The notes under the pieces are model-generated. The model was given only the letters and a program-made list of their open reading frames with translations. It did not search any database and had not been told where the DNA came from. A program made the translations under genes and the position numbers. This document shows positions 28,532-37,747 of a stretch of 64,000 nt of DNA, in pieces. The DNA comes from Bacteroidota bacterium (lineage in GTDB: Bacteria > Bacteroidota > Bacteroidia > Bacteroidales > GCA-2748055): the NCBI GenBank assembly GCA_049325415.1, contig JBMOLL010000008.1, positions 15,498-79,497 of the forward strand, given 5' to 3'. Each line of letters opens with the position of its first letter. The first letter of the stretch is position 1.

Positions 28532-29323
28532 ATGGATCTGGGACTAAAGAATAAAACGGTGATGGTCGCGGCCGCGAGCAAAGGTCTGGGTTTTGCCATT
28601 GCCAGAGCGCTTGCCCTGGAGGGGGCACGGGTCTCTATTGGAAGCCGTAGTCTGCGAAACATCACTGCTGCTGCAGAAAAGCTTAAACAGGAAACCGGTG
28701 CCGAGGTGTTTGCCTCAGAACTTGATGTTACCAACAACAACAGCATTGAAGAATGGGCCAGGGCAACCCTTGAAAAATTCGGAAGCATCTACGGCCTGGT
28801 CGTGAATGCCGGCGGGCCGGTACCCGGTACTTTTGATGAACTCAGTGATGAATCCTGGAGAACAGGATATGAACTGACACTTTTAAGCTGTGTGAGATTG
28901 ATCAGAACCGTGTTGCCCTACATGCGGGAGAATAATTCAGGATCCATATTAACCGTTACTTCAAGTTCTGTTAAAGAACCGATTGACAATCTGCTTCTTT
29001 CAAACGTTATGCGTTCAGGTGTCACGAGTCTGGCAAAGAGCCTTTCTTTTCCGCTGGCGAAAGAAGGGATCCGGATCAATAACCTGGTTCCGGGGATGTT
29101 TTCAACGGAGCGACTTGAGGAGATTGATCTCCGCTTATCGCGGGAATGGAGGATGACCCTGGAAGAGGTCCGGTCAATCAATCAGAAAAGAATCCCTATG
29201 GGACGTTATGGCCGGCCTGATGAATTCGGTTCGGCTGCCGCCTTTCTGCTCTCGGATGCTGCATCCTATGTAACCGGGGAGACCTTTATCATTGACGGTG
29301 GCAGGATGAGGACCGTCTGGTAG
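28532..29323 (+). CDS. SDR-family oxidoreductase (atypical active-site region)
   Basis: Starts MDLGLKNKTVMVAAASKGLGFAIA (glycine-rich dinucleotide motif), then NAGG. A canonical YxxxK is not evident: the aligned segment reads SNVMRSGVTSLAKSL. The track ORF start at 28247 is an upstream extension. Confidence 0.8.
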   Translation: MDLGLKNKTVMVAAASKGLGFAIARALALEGARVSIGSRSLRNITAAAEKLKQETGAEVFASELDVTNNNSIEEWARATLEKFGSIYGLVVNAGGPVPGTFDELSDESWRTGYELTLLSCVRLIRTVLPYMRENNSGSILTVTSSSVKEPIDNLLLSNVMRSGVTSLAKSLSFPLAKEGIRINNLVPGMFSTERLEEIDLRLSREWRMTLEEVRSINQKRIPMGRYGRPDEFGSAAAFLLSDAASYVTGETFIIDGGRMRTVW

Positions 29324-29390
29324 GCTTCCTGCCTTCTTTAATTGCCGGAGCAAGTACCGGTCTTTTTCCGGCGGTCACTATTCAAAACAA

Positions 29391-30119
29391 ATGACAAAAA
29401 TCCGAACAGATCTTAAACTAGGCGGAGCGCTGCCTTCCGGGCGAATGGTAGAGAAACCCGCAAAGAACCCGGCCATCGTCAGGCCGGTTACCCTGCTTTA
29501 TAACGAACAGCTTTCAGAAGGCGTTTTCCTCCTGGGATTCAAGCGGGATTTTCCGTTCCGGGCCGGCCAGGTAATCGGCATAGGAATGAGTGCAGACGGG
29601 CCCCGCAGGCTTTACAGTATCTGCAGCGGGGAAAGCGACCGGGAAATACGGATCCTGTACAACCTGGTTGAAGAGGGTTTTCTTACACCTAAACTTTCCG
29701 ACCTCCAGGAAGGAGAGCGTATCTGGATCACTGCCCCCCGGGGTTCCTTTTTTACGACCGAGGGTCCGGCGGTCTGGGTTGCAACAGGAACCGGGATTGC
29801 GCCTTACTATTCCATGCTGCGTTCCGGTCTTGCCGGGGATAAAATCCTGATCCACGGGGAACGATATCTTGAGCGCTTTCACTTTTATGATGAATTCACA
29901 GAAAATCTTGGTGAGCAGTACATCCGTTGCTGTACCGCCGAATCGGACGAATCGAGTTACCATGGTCGGGTTACTGATTTCCTGCGTGAAAGCGGGTCCC
30001 TTGACACCGGTATAAAATATTATCTTTGCGGAAGGGCCGAGATGGTGGTTGAAGCGAGAGATCTGCTGATCAACCGGGGAGTGCCTTTTGAAAACATTAT
30101 TTCTGAGATCTATTTTTGA
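29391..30119 (+). CDS. Ferredoxin-NADP reductase-like FAD/NAD(P)-binding oxidoreductase
   Basis: RLYSICS (RxYS flavin motif) and VWVATGTGIAPYYSM (GTGIAP NAD(P) motif). The start could also be the internal ATG at 29445. Confidence 0.75.
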   Translation: MTKIRTDLKLGGALPSGRMVEKPAKNPAIVRPVTLLYNEQLSEGVFLLGFKRDFPFRAGQVIGIGMSADGPRRLYSICSGESDREIRILYNLVEEGFLTPKLSDLQEGERIWITAPRGSFFTTEGPAVWVATGTGIAPYYSMLRSGLAGDKILIHGERYLERFHFYDEFTENLGEQYIRCCTAESDESSYHGRVTDFLRESGSLDTGIKYYLCGRAEMVVEARDLLINRGVPFENIISEIYF

Positions 30120-30121
30120 AA

Positions 30122-31150
30122 ATGGAGCGGGAACCTTTGTTTGGTAAAACACTGGAGGAACTTACCTTACTGGCTGCCGATGCCGGATTACCGTCGTATG
30201 CCGGCCGCCAGATTGCGGCCTGGCTTTATGACAAAGGGGCAGAGAGCATTGAAGAGATGACCGATCTCTCCAAAAAAAACAGGGCTTTACTCTCCTCCAG
30301 GTTTCGGGCAGGCGTTGAAGCTCCCTCGGGGGTACAGGTCTCTGCCGACGGAACCCGGAAATACCTTTTTTCTGCCCCGGGTTCGCGTTTTATTGAAACC
30401 GCCTTCATCCCTGAGAAAAACCGGAATACGGTATGTGTTTCCTCCCAGGTGGGGTGTAAAATGGGTTGTCTGTTTTGCATGACCGGCAAACAGGGCTTTC
30501 AGGGAAATCTGACGGCGGGTGAAATACTTAATCAATACCGTTCCCTTCCGGAGTGGAGATCTCTGACCAACATTGTGTACATGGGTATGGGGGAGCCTCT
30601 TGATAATCTTGATCCGGTACTGAAAAGCCTGGAAATCCTGACGGCCACCTGGGGTTTTGCCCTCAGTCCGAGAAGGATCACCGTCTCCACCATCGGGATC
30701 ATACCTGCTATGAAGATTTTCCTGGAAAAGAGCGAGGCTCATCTTGCCGTCAGCCTCCATTCCCCCTTTGATGAGGAACGCCAAAAGCTGATGCCGATCC
30801 AGCAGGTCTATCCGCTCAGGGAAGTATTATCGGAGATCCGTTCATGGGATTTCGGAAGACAGCGGCGTGTTTCGTTTGAATACATCCTTTTCGGAGGCTT
30901 AAACGACAGCCCGGCGCATGTTAAGGAGCTGGCGAGGATCCTGGACGGAATTCGCTGCAGGATTAACCTGATCCGCTTCCACCCTGTCCCGGGAACGCCC
31001 CTCAGCAGTCCGGATGAAGATACCATTATCCGTTTCCGGGAGCAGTTGAACGCCAAAGGTATCACGACCACACTGAGAGCCAGTCGCGGCCAGGATATTT
31101 ATGCCGCATGCGGCTTACTCTCCACGAAAGCCCTGATGACTTCCAAATAA
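30122..31150 (+). CDS. rlmN: 23S rRNA (adenine2503-C2)-methyltransferase RlmN (radical SAM)
   Basis: N-terminal AGRQIAAWLY, radical-SAM cluster CKMGCLFCMTG, GMGEPLDN, and a C-terminal catalytic Cys in IYAACGLL. Confidence 0.9.
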   Translation: MEREPLFGKTLEELTLLAADAGLPSYAGRQIAAWLYDKGAESIEEMTDLSKKNRALLSSRFRAGVEAPSGVQVSADGTRKYLFSAPGSRFIETAFIPEKNRNTVCVSSQVGCKMGCLFCMTGKQGFQGNLTAGEILNQYRSLPEWRSLTNIVYMGMGEPLDNLDPVLKSLEILTATWGFALSPRRITVSTIGIIPAMKIFLEKSEAHLAVSLHSPFDEERQKLMPIQQVYPLREVLSEIRSWDFGRQRRVSFEYILFGGLNDSPAHVKELARILDGIRCRINLIRFHPVPGTPLSSPDEDTIIRFREQLNAKGITTTLRASRGQDIYAACGLLSTKALMTSK

Positions 31151-31200
31151 AAACTGAAGCCGAAGCTTCGATTTTTTACCGGCTAATCACATTAACCGGT

Positions 31201-31887
31201 ATGAACCAATATGTTTTTGATCTTCTCAATTTTTTCTTCCCGGAAAACTGCCCGGTATGCGGTTCGCTTCTTCCCCGGCCGGAGATGGTTATTTGTCTTG
31301 ACTGCGAGCGGGGGCTGCCCAGGACCTATTACAGCCGGATGCCGGATAACCCGGTTGCCCGGGTTTTCTGGGGACGGGTGCAGGTGGAGGCAGCAACTTC
31401 CCTTTTTCGCTTCGAGAAAGGGTCACGTTACCAGAAGCTCGTTCACCGTCTGAAATATCAGGGGGAGCAGGAGATCGGACTTTTTCTCGGAAAACTGCTT
31501 GGTGAAGATCTTTGCGGGACGACTTTCAGTTCGGCGGAGGTAATTGTTCCTGTTCCCCTGCATCCGGATAAGCTGCGGATCAGGGGATATAATCAGAGTG
31601 AACTGATCTCCAGGGGCGTTTCTCTTGTTACCGGAATCCCTGTTGACGCAGAGCTGTTAAAGAAGACGGAGCACACCGATACCCAGACACGTCGCAGCCG
31701 ATACGATCGGTTTACGAATGTGGAAGGGAAATTCAGGCCGGGGGATCATGCGGCGCAGTATACGGGCAAGAAACTGCTGCTCGTGGATGATGTGGTAACC
31801 ACCGGTGCAACGCTTGAAGCCTGCGTAATTCCGCTGACCGGAGAACTTCAGGCCATGGTGTTTATTGCCACGGTGGGTTGTGCCTGA
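31201..31887 (+). CDS. comF: ComF-family protein (phosphoribosyltransferase domain)
   Basis: N-terminal double CxxC (CPVCGS...CLDCERG) and the C-terminal PRTase motif KLLLVDDVVTTGATL. The track ORF start at 31108 is upstream of the likely ATG at 31201. Confidence 0.8.
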   Translation: MNQYVFDLLNFFFPENCPVCGSLLPRPEMVICLDCERGLPRTYYSRMPDNPVARVFWGRVQVEAATSLFRFEKGSRYQKLVHRLKYQGEQEIGLFLGKLLGEDLCGTTFSSAEVIVPVPLHPDKLRIRGYNQSELISRGVSLVTGIPVDAELLKKTEHTDTQTRRSRYDRFTNVEGKFRPGDHAAQYTGKKLLLVDDVVTTGATLEACVIPLTGELQAMVFIATVGCA

Positions 31888-32493
31888 TCACAATGGAAAG
31901 CGCCAGGTCATTGTCAGGCTGATGACATTATGAAAATAGCCAGGATGAAGTGGATATACCTGCCACTCTTCCCGCGGCTTGAAGGTTATAGCCGAATAGG
32001 TATACCTCAGTCCAACGGCAGTGCTTTCCGTGAACCAGTAATGAAAGCCGGCAAAGACATTCAGCCCGAAACGATGAATGGTCCCATATTCCGAAGAGGG
32101 GATCAGCAATCCATCCTGAACACCCACAATTTTTATAAAGATATCAGGGGATATCCCTGCTTCCGGCATATATTTTTCCTTAATCAGGTAATTCACCGAC
32201 AGTGGCAGCTCAATATAGTGATAGGTTTCAGAATAATACTCTCCCCCGGGATAATCCGGAGGATTATACATACCTCTCAGGACATATTTGATTTCCAGCT
32301 GCCAGTTGAGATTGGGGGCAAGATCCCTTCCTGCCAGCACGGAGCCGGCCAGGCCGAGTTTTCGATAGCCTCCTTCCAGGTCCCCGTCGACCTGCGAAAT
32401 GGTAAGACCTCCCTGAACACCACCGTAGAATCTCTGGGCCGACAGGCTGGTCAGGATACAGAGAAAGGCCAGAAACAAGAAAGTTTTTTTCAT
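31888..32493 (-). CDS. Small outer-membrane beta-barrel protein (porin-family/OmpA-beta-like)
   Basis: Signal peptide MKKTFLFLAFLCILTSLSAQ. About 200 aa with alternating aromatic/Gly strands (GLAGSV, FAGFHYWF, VGLRYTYS). Confidence 0.65.
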   Translation of the reverse strand: MKKTFLFLAFLCILTSLSAQRFYGGVQGGLTISQVDGDLEGGYRKLGLAGSVLAGRDLAPNLNWQLEIKYVLRGMYNPPDYPGGEYYSETYHYIELPLSVNYLIKEKYMPEAGISPDIFIKIVGVQDGLLIPSSEYGTIHRFGLNVFAGFHYWFTESTAVGLRYTYSAITFKPREEWQVYPLHPGYFHNVISLTMTWRFPL

Positions 32494-32546
32494 AAGGGTA
32501 AAGATAAAAAAAAGCATAAAGGAAAGACGGGCATATCCACCCTGTT

Positions 32547-33248
32547 TTACAGGTCGCCGATATAATCCGAAACAAATCGGTCCATCCCGTTTACTGCCGT
32601 ATCGCGAATGAAAATCACCTTTTTCCTGCCTGCAGGGAACACCTCTCCGGGATCAATGACATAAACCGGACAGGCAGCGGAAACATAGGAGAGCAGGCCT
32701 GCCGCAGGATAGACCGACAGGGAAGTTCCGATGACGAGGAAAACCTCCGCTTCCCGCACCAGTGGAATGGCGGATCTCATTTCCGGAACACTTTCTCCGA
32801 ACCACACCACATGAGGCCGGAGCTGGGAGCCTTTTTCGCACAGGTCGCCAAGGTTTAAGTGCGGACCTTCGAGGGGGTAGACCAGGGTGGGATCGGCAGT
32901 ACTTCTGGCTTTGCGAAGTTCTCCGTGCAGGTGAAGTATTTTTGTGCTGCCGGCCCTTTCATGCAGGTCGTCGACATTCTGAGTTATGATATATACATCG
33001 AAGTCGTTCTCCAGTTTTGCCAGGGTCAGATGTGCCTTATTGGGACGAGCTTTCAGCAGGGCCTCCCTCCTTTCGTTATAAAACCGGAGTACCAGTGCCG
33101 GGTTTGTCTGCCAGGCTTCCGGAGACGCCACTTCAGTCACCTCATATTTTTCCCATAGGCCTCCCATATCCCTGAAGGTTTTCAGTCCGCTTTCTGCACT
33201 GATCCCCGCACCGGAGAGCACAACAAGTTTCTTTTTCGTCTGTTTCAT
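32547..33248 (-). CDS. cobB: NAD-dependent protein deacylase (Sir2/CobB family)
   Basis: GAGISAESG, QNVDDLHERAG, catalytic His in LHLHGEL, and LRPHVVWFGE. The usual Cys4 zinc ribbon is not present (KARS... one Cys only). ATG at 33248 is preferred over the longer track ORF. Confidence 0.85.
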   Translation of the reverse strand: MKQTKKKLVVLSGAGISAESGLKTFRDMGGLWEKYEVTEVASPEAWQTNPALVLRFYNERREALLKARPNKAHLTLAKLENDFDVYIITQNVDDLHERAGSTKILHLHGELRKARSTADPTLVYPLEGPHLNLGDLCEKGSQLRPHVVWFGESVPEMRSAIPLVREAEVFLVIGTSLSVYPAAGLLSYVSAACPVYVIDPGEVFPAGRKKVIFIRDTAVNGMDRFVSDYIGDL

Positions 33249-33414
33249 AACTGTTATACAGGGAGGGAAGCCGGTTAAGAGGCCCGCCCTTCTCAAAAAT
33301 AGGTTAATTCTCAAACTTTCACTAATTTTAGCCTGAGTATAAAAGGAAGCTTTGATGTACTGTAAGGTGCGTCAATGCTGAAAAATCCGATAATGAAGCC
33401 TCCGGAAAAAAAGC

Positions 33415-35367
33415 ATGATTGACCAACAGACCATTAACCAGATTTTTGAAACCGCCGACATTGTGGAGGTGATCTCTGATTTTGTAACGCTAAAAAAATC
33501 GGGGACCAATTACAAGGGTCTGAGTCCGTTTACGAATGAGAAAACCCCTTCATTTATGGTTTCGCCGGCCAAGGGGATTTTCAAGGATTTCAGTTCCGGT
33601 AAAGGAGGAAATGTGGTTGGGTTCCTCATGGAGCATGAAAAAATCACCTACCCGGAGGCACTGAGATACCTGGCCGGTAAGTATCATATTGAAATCAACG
33701 AGAAAGAGGAAAGCGCGGAGGACATTCAACAGCGGAACGAACGGGAAAGTCTTCTGGTCGTGTCGGAATTCGCGCGTAAGTATTTCTCGGACCAGTTACT
33801 TACAGCTGCCGGCAAAGCGATTGGGATGAGTTATTTCCGGGAGCGCGGATTCCGCGACGATATTATCGATGAGTTTCAGCTGGGTTACAGTCCCGAAGAC
33901 CGTGATGCGCTGACCTCGGCAGCCCGTAAAGCCGGTTACAAGACGGAGTACCTGGTTAAAACCGGCCTGTCGATAGAAAAGGAAGGCCGCTACTTTGACC
34001 GTTTTTCGGGGCGGGTGATTTTCCCCATTCATTCCCTGTCGGGCAATGTGATCGGTTTTGGGGGAAGAACTCTCAAAACCGACAAGAATATAGCCAAATA
34101 CCTCAACTCACCTGAATCAGAGATTTACCATAAGAGCCGGATCCTTTACGGTCTGTTCCAGGCGAGAAAGGAAATTGTGAATAAGAACAATTGTTTTCTT
34201 GTAGAGGGCTACACCGATGTTCTTTCCATGCATCAGTCGGGGATAAGGAATGTGGTCGCCTCTTCGGGTACCGCCCTGACGACCGAGCAGATCCGGCTGA
34301 TCAAGCGTTTTACAAACAACATCACCATTCTCTATGACGGGGATGAAGCCGGGATCAGGGCTTCTTTCCGGGGAATTGATATGATCCTTGAGGAAGGCCT
34401 TGATGTCAAGGGTCTGCTTTTGCCTGACGGTGAGGACCCGGATTCGTTTGCCCGGCATCACAGTTCCTCGGAGTTTCTGGAATTCATTGCGGCCAACCAA
34501 AAAGATTTCATTTCTTTCAAAACGGACCTGTTGCTTTCGGAGGCAGAAAACGATCCGATTAAAAAGGCCCAGCTGATTTCCGATATCGTGCGGTCCATCT
34601 CGTATATCCCCGACGGAATCAAGCGTTCGGTTTTCCTGAAGGAATGCAGCAATATGCTGGAGGTTGAGGAGCGGGTCCTTTATACGGAGGTCAACAAGAT
34701 CCGCCGGAAGCGGATGGAGCAGTCATGGGGAAAGACCCCGCCGGTCCCGGCGCAGACTGTAGTGCCGGAGCAGCCGGTGGTTCCGGCCTTTGTGCAGGAT
34801 ATATATTCCGAGAATGAAGAAAGGGAGCTTATTTCCTTCCTGCTTCGATTCGGGAACAAGGTGATCCGGCTCGACGATGATCATCATTCGGAAATCGGTG
34901 TTGCGCAATTCATTATCCGGGAAATACAGAACGATGAACTGGAGTTCCGGAACCTGGTCTATAAAAAAGTTTTTGAAGACATCCTTTCCCTGACTGAAGC
35001 CGGAAAACCCATAGAAGAACGCTATTTTGTCTACCATGAAGATGAAAAAGTCAGGGACCTTGCCGTGGAGATCCTGACACAACGGTATGAACTCAGCCGG
35101 GTATGGCACCGGAAGGAATCCTATGTTGAATTGCCTGGGGAAAACCTGGAACAGGAGGTGCCAAAATCTCTTCTTTCCTATAAGCTGGCTGTAGTTTCGC
35201 TGGCACGTTCAAAGATGGACCAGGAACTGTTGCATGCACAAAAAAAGATGGATAATGAGGAATTGAACCATCTGCTTCTGCAGATTCAGAATCTCAACCA
35301 GGTTAAGAAATTACTTACCGACGGCCTGGGCGGCCGGATCATCCTTCCTAATCAGAAGCATTTCTGA
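33415..35367 (+). CDS. dnaG: DNA primase DnaG
   Basis: 650 aa. The N-terminal zf-CHC2-like segment reads GLSPFTNEKTPSF...KDFSSGKGGN; RNA polymerase core; Toprim motifs FLVEGYTDVLSMHQSG and ILYDGDEAGIRA. Confidence 0.92.
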   Translation: MIDQQTINQIFETADIVEVISDFVTLKKSGTNYKGLSPFTNEKTPSFMVSPAKGIFKDFSSGKGGNVVGFLMEHEKITYPEALRYLAGKYHIEINEKEESAEDIQQRNERESLLVVSEFARKYFSDQLLTAAGKAIGMSYFRERGFRDDIIDEFQLGYSPEDRDALTSAARKAGYKTEYLVKTGLSIEKEGRYFDRFSGRVIFPIHSLSGNVIGFGGRTLKTDKNIAKYLNSPESEIYHKSRILYGLFQARKEIVNKNNCFLVEGYTDVLSMHQSGIRNVVASSGTALTTEQIRLIKRFTNNITILYDGDEAGIRASFRGIDMILEEGLDVKGLLLPDGEDPDSFARHHSSSEFLEFIAANQKDFISFKTDLLLSEAENDPIKKAQLISDIVRSISYIPDGIKRSVFLKECSNMLEVEERVLYTEVNKIRRKRMEQSWGKTPPVPAQTVVPEQPVVPAFVQDIYSENEERELISFLLRFGNKVIRLDDDHHSEIGVAQFIIREIQNDELEFRNLVYKKVFEDILSLTEAGKPIEERYFVYHEDEKVRDLAVEILTQRYELSRVWHRKESYVELPGENLEQEVPKSLLSYKLAVVSLARSKMDQELLHAQKKMDNEELNHLLLQIQNLNQVKKLLTDGLGGRIILPNQKHF

Positions 35368-37735
35368 TCACGGTAAAAAGCACGCTTTTTTCACGTCCGC
35401 GATTATCGACAACGGTCAGCCGGTGTTCACCGGGCTCACAGTTCACGGCAAGCTGATGAAACTGACGGGTGCTGCCCAGGTAGTGTTCATCGAGGTGCCA
35501 GAAGATCTCGGCAGAGGGATCCCGGTGCGCCACTTCAAGGATCAGCCTGCCCTCACTGCCGTCAAGTTCCCGGGGAATAATCAGTTTGCTTTTCCATTCG
35601 GGAACGACAATTTCAAATTCCTCCACCTCATCATCCGCACAATCCGTTTTCACGGGAGGAAGGCTTTTATAGGACGGATCCTTCCGCTTATAATAATATT
35701 CCATGAGGGGCGGAAGGATGAACCAGGGCTCATTTCTCATCTGTGCGACCGGATAACAGGCGCTGTTCACCCTTTCTTTCCCGTCTCCCGAGAGGTGTAT
35801 CATCCGGTGGTAGGGGCAGCTCTTCACTTTTCTTCCTGCGGGATTTGCCCATACCGTATCTGTTTCGGGGCATTCCGGGGAAGCCAGGTATCCGCTTTTC
35901 CGGCAAACCTCAAGAGGAACGAGGTCGTCGGTCGGCCTGGGAAAATGGCCCGAAGACGGCAGCAGGTCAAAGACCTCAAACATCAGGGGGGCAGCTGAAA
36001 GCAAGCCGGTGAGCCCGGTGCGCCCTTCCCCGTCGGCATTTCCTGCCCAAACGCCCACGGCATAGCCGGGGGTCACGCCCACGGCCCAGGCATCCCGGTA
36101 ACCATAGCTGGTTCCGGTCTTCCACGCAATATCTTTTCCTCCTGAAAATAATCTCCAAGATGATAATTCATCAGGTCTGTTTACTTCAATTAAAGATTCA
36201 AGAGTTAACCAGATTGCCCCGGCCGAAAGGACTCCCTGTTCAAGACTGTGGTTTTGATCCGGTCTGCTGTCCTTTCCTGTAAAATACGGAGGGTGGTAGT
36301 CTCCGGCAAAATAATTCCCTTCGGTAGTGGTATAGTGCCGGAGGACTCTCGCCAGGGAGGCATAAACGCCCGTCAGTTCCCAGAGGGAAACTTCGGCTCC
36401 GCCCAGGATCAGTGACAGGCCGTAATAATCGGCCGGTTTCCCGATGGAAGTAAAGCCTGTTTTTCCCAGAAGCTGAATAAAAGGATCGACGCCAAATCTT
36501 TTAAGCATGATGACGGAGGGGACGTTCAATGACCGTTCCAGTGCCTGTTTCGCCGGTACGGCACCGTCGTATCCGCGGTTATAATTTTTGGGGGCGTAAC
36601 CGTTATATCTCACCGGGACATCGGGAACCAGGGATCCCGGCAGGATCATTCCGTCGTTCAGCATTCCGGCAAAGAGCAGGGGTTTAAGAATGCTTCCGGT
36701 GCTTCTGCGGGAGGTAATCACGTCGACGCTATTGGCGTTCAGGCCGGAGGAGTCGCCGGGGGCGTTCCCGACATAGGCCCGTACGGCTCCGGATTCAACT
36801 TCGAGTACCAGGCAGGCCAGGTTATGAATCTGGTTTACAGAAAGGTGTCTATAGTGGAGCGACGCAACTTCATTTACTTTTCGCTGCAGGTGGGCGTCAA
36901 TGGTGGTATACACGCGTTGACCCCTGTTTGACACCATAAGCCTGTCGCATAGTTGCGGAACGATGTTCGGGAGTTCCCTGGGTCTGGCGGGCAGAGGCTC
37001 GGTACAGGCCAGCGACCAGGTGAGGGAGTCGATCCGTCCGGTTTCGAGCAGTCTTGTAAGGAGCCGGTTGCGCTTTTGCAGCAATTCGTCCCTGTTCCTT
37101 CCCGGATGTAACAGTGCCGGAGCATTTGGCAAAACGGCGAGGGTGGCGGATTCGGCCCAGGTCAGTTCATCCGGCGGAACAGAAAAGTATCGCCAGGAAG
37201 CCGCTTCAAGGCCGACTACATTCCCGCCAAAGGGAGCGTTTGATGCATATAATTTTAGGATCTCGTCTTTCGACAGGCTCAGTTCCAGCCTGACTGCCAG
37301 CAGGGCTTCCACCAATTTTCGGGAGAGGGTTCTGTTTTTTCCTTTGCCCGAAAGGCGCAGCACCTGCATGGTAATCGTACTGCCTCCTCTCACAATTTTT
37401 CCAGCCCGGATATTCTGTCCGGCAGCCCTGAAAAGGCTGAACGGGTTTACCCCGGGATGGTAATAAAACCACTGATCTTCAAAGGTAAGGAGGGCAATCC
37501 TGTATTTTTCGGGCAGCGTATCAACCGGGGGAAAGCGCCATTGTCCGTCGGAGGCAATGCGAGCACCGATAAGTTCTCCCTGGCGGTCGTAAACAACAGT
37601 TGAGCAGGGATCCCTGAAGAGGGTAGCCGGGAGAATCAGCCAGAAAAGGAGAGAAAGGGCCGCAACCAAAACAAGATTAAGCCGGAGGGGAAGGCTCCGG
37701 CTTATCCTGTCGGCGATATGGCCAAATTCTCTCAT
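35348..37735 (-). CDS. pbpC: Penicillin-binding protein 1C (bifunctional glycosyltransferase/transpeptidase-like)
   Basis: GT51 motif EDQWFYYHPGVNP and RGGSTITMQ. Transpeptidase motifs STGSILKP (SxxK), SLN and KTGTS, plus a C-terminal PBP1C-specific domain. Convergent 20-nt overlap with dnaG. Confidence 0.9.
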   Translation of the reverse strand: MREFGHIADRISRSLPLRLNLVLVAALSLLFWLILPATLFRDPCSTVVYDRQGELIGARIASDGQWRFPPVDTLPEKYRIALLTFEDQWFYYHPGVNPFSLFRAAGQNIRAGKIVRGGSTITMQVLRLSGKGKNRTLSRKLVEALLAVRLELSLSKDEILKLYASNAPFGGNVVGLEAASWRYFSVPPDELTWAESATLAVLPNAPALLHPGRNRDELLQKRNRLLTRLLETGRIDSLTWSLACTEPLPARPRELPNIVPQLCDRLMVSNRGQRVYTTIDAHLQRKVNEVASLHYRHLSVNQIHNLACLVLEVESGAVRAYVGNAPGDSSGLNANSVDVITSRRSTGSILKPLLFAGMLNDGMILPGSLVPDVPVRYNGYAPKNYNRGYDGAVPAKQALERSLNVPSVIMLKRFGVDPFIQLLGKTGFTSIGKPADYYGLSLILGGAEVSLWELTGVYASLARVLRHYTTTEGNYFAGDYHPPYFTGKDSRPDQNHSLEQGVLSAGAIWLTLESLIEVNRPDELSSWRLFSGGKDIAWKTGTSYGYRDAWAVGVTPGYAVGVWAGNADGEGRTGLTGLLSAAPLMFEVFDLLPSSGHFPRPTDDLVPLEVCRKSGYLASPECPETDTVWANPAGRKVKSCPYHRMIHLSGDGKERVNSACYPVAQMRNEPWFILPPLMEYYYKRKDPSYKSLPPVKTDCADDEVEEFEIVVPEWKSKLIIPRELDGSEGRLILEVAHRDPSAEIFWHLDEHYLGSTRQFHQLAVNCEPGEHRLTVVDNRGREKSVLFTVIRNASD

Positions 37736-37747
37736 GAAGGAACTATA

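Noticed and set aside
27421-29323. Long track ORFs 27421..28449 (342 aa) and 28247..29323 (358 aa), which suggest overlapping or fused genes.
   Set aside because: Their N-terminal parts are out-of-frame read-through of the preceding genes, Arg/Ser/Cys-rich with no motifs. The recognisable methyltransferase begins at the internal ATG at 27853, and the SDR domain at the internal ATG at 28532.
28532-29323. An SDR-family protein in which I cannot find the canonical catalytic YxxxK; the aligned region reads SNVMRSGVTSLAKSL.
   Set aside because: Atypical and divergent SDR subfamilies exist, and a by-eye alignment is unreliable here. It would need a profile alignment before being called unusual.
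32547-33248. A Sir2-family gene, considered as a possible Thoeris/DSR-type defence effector.
   Set aside because: It is a short (233 aa) single-domain CobB-like deacylase with the normal GAGISAESG / QNVDDLH / HG motifs. It has no N-terminal sensor or partner gene and sits among housekeeping genes. The missing Cys4 zinc ribbon looks like a lineage feature, not a defence signature.
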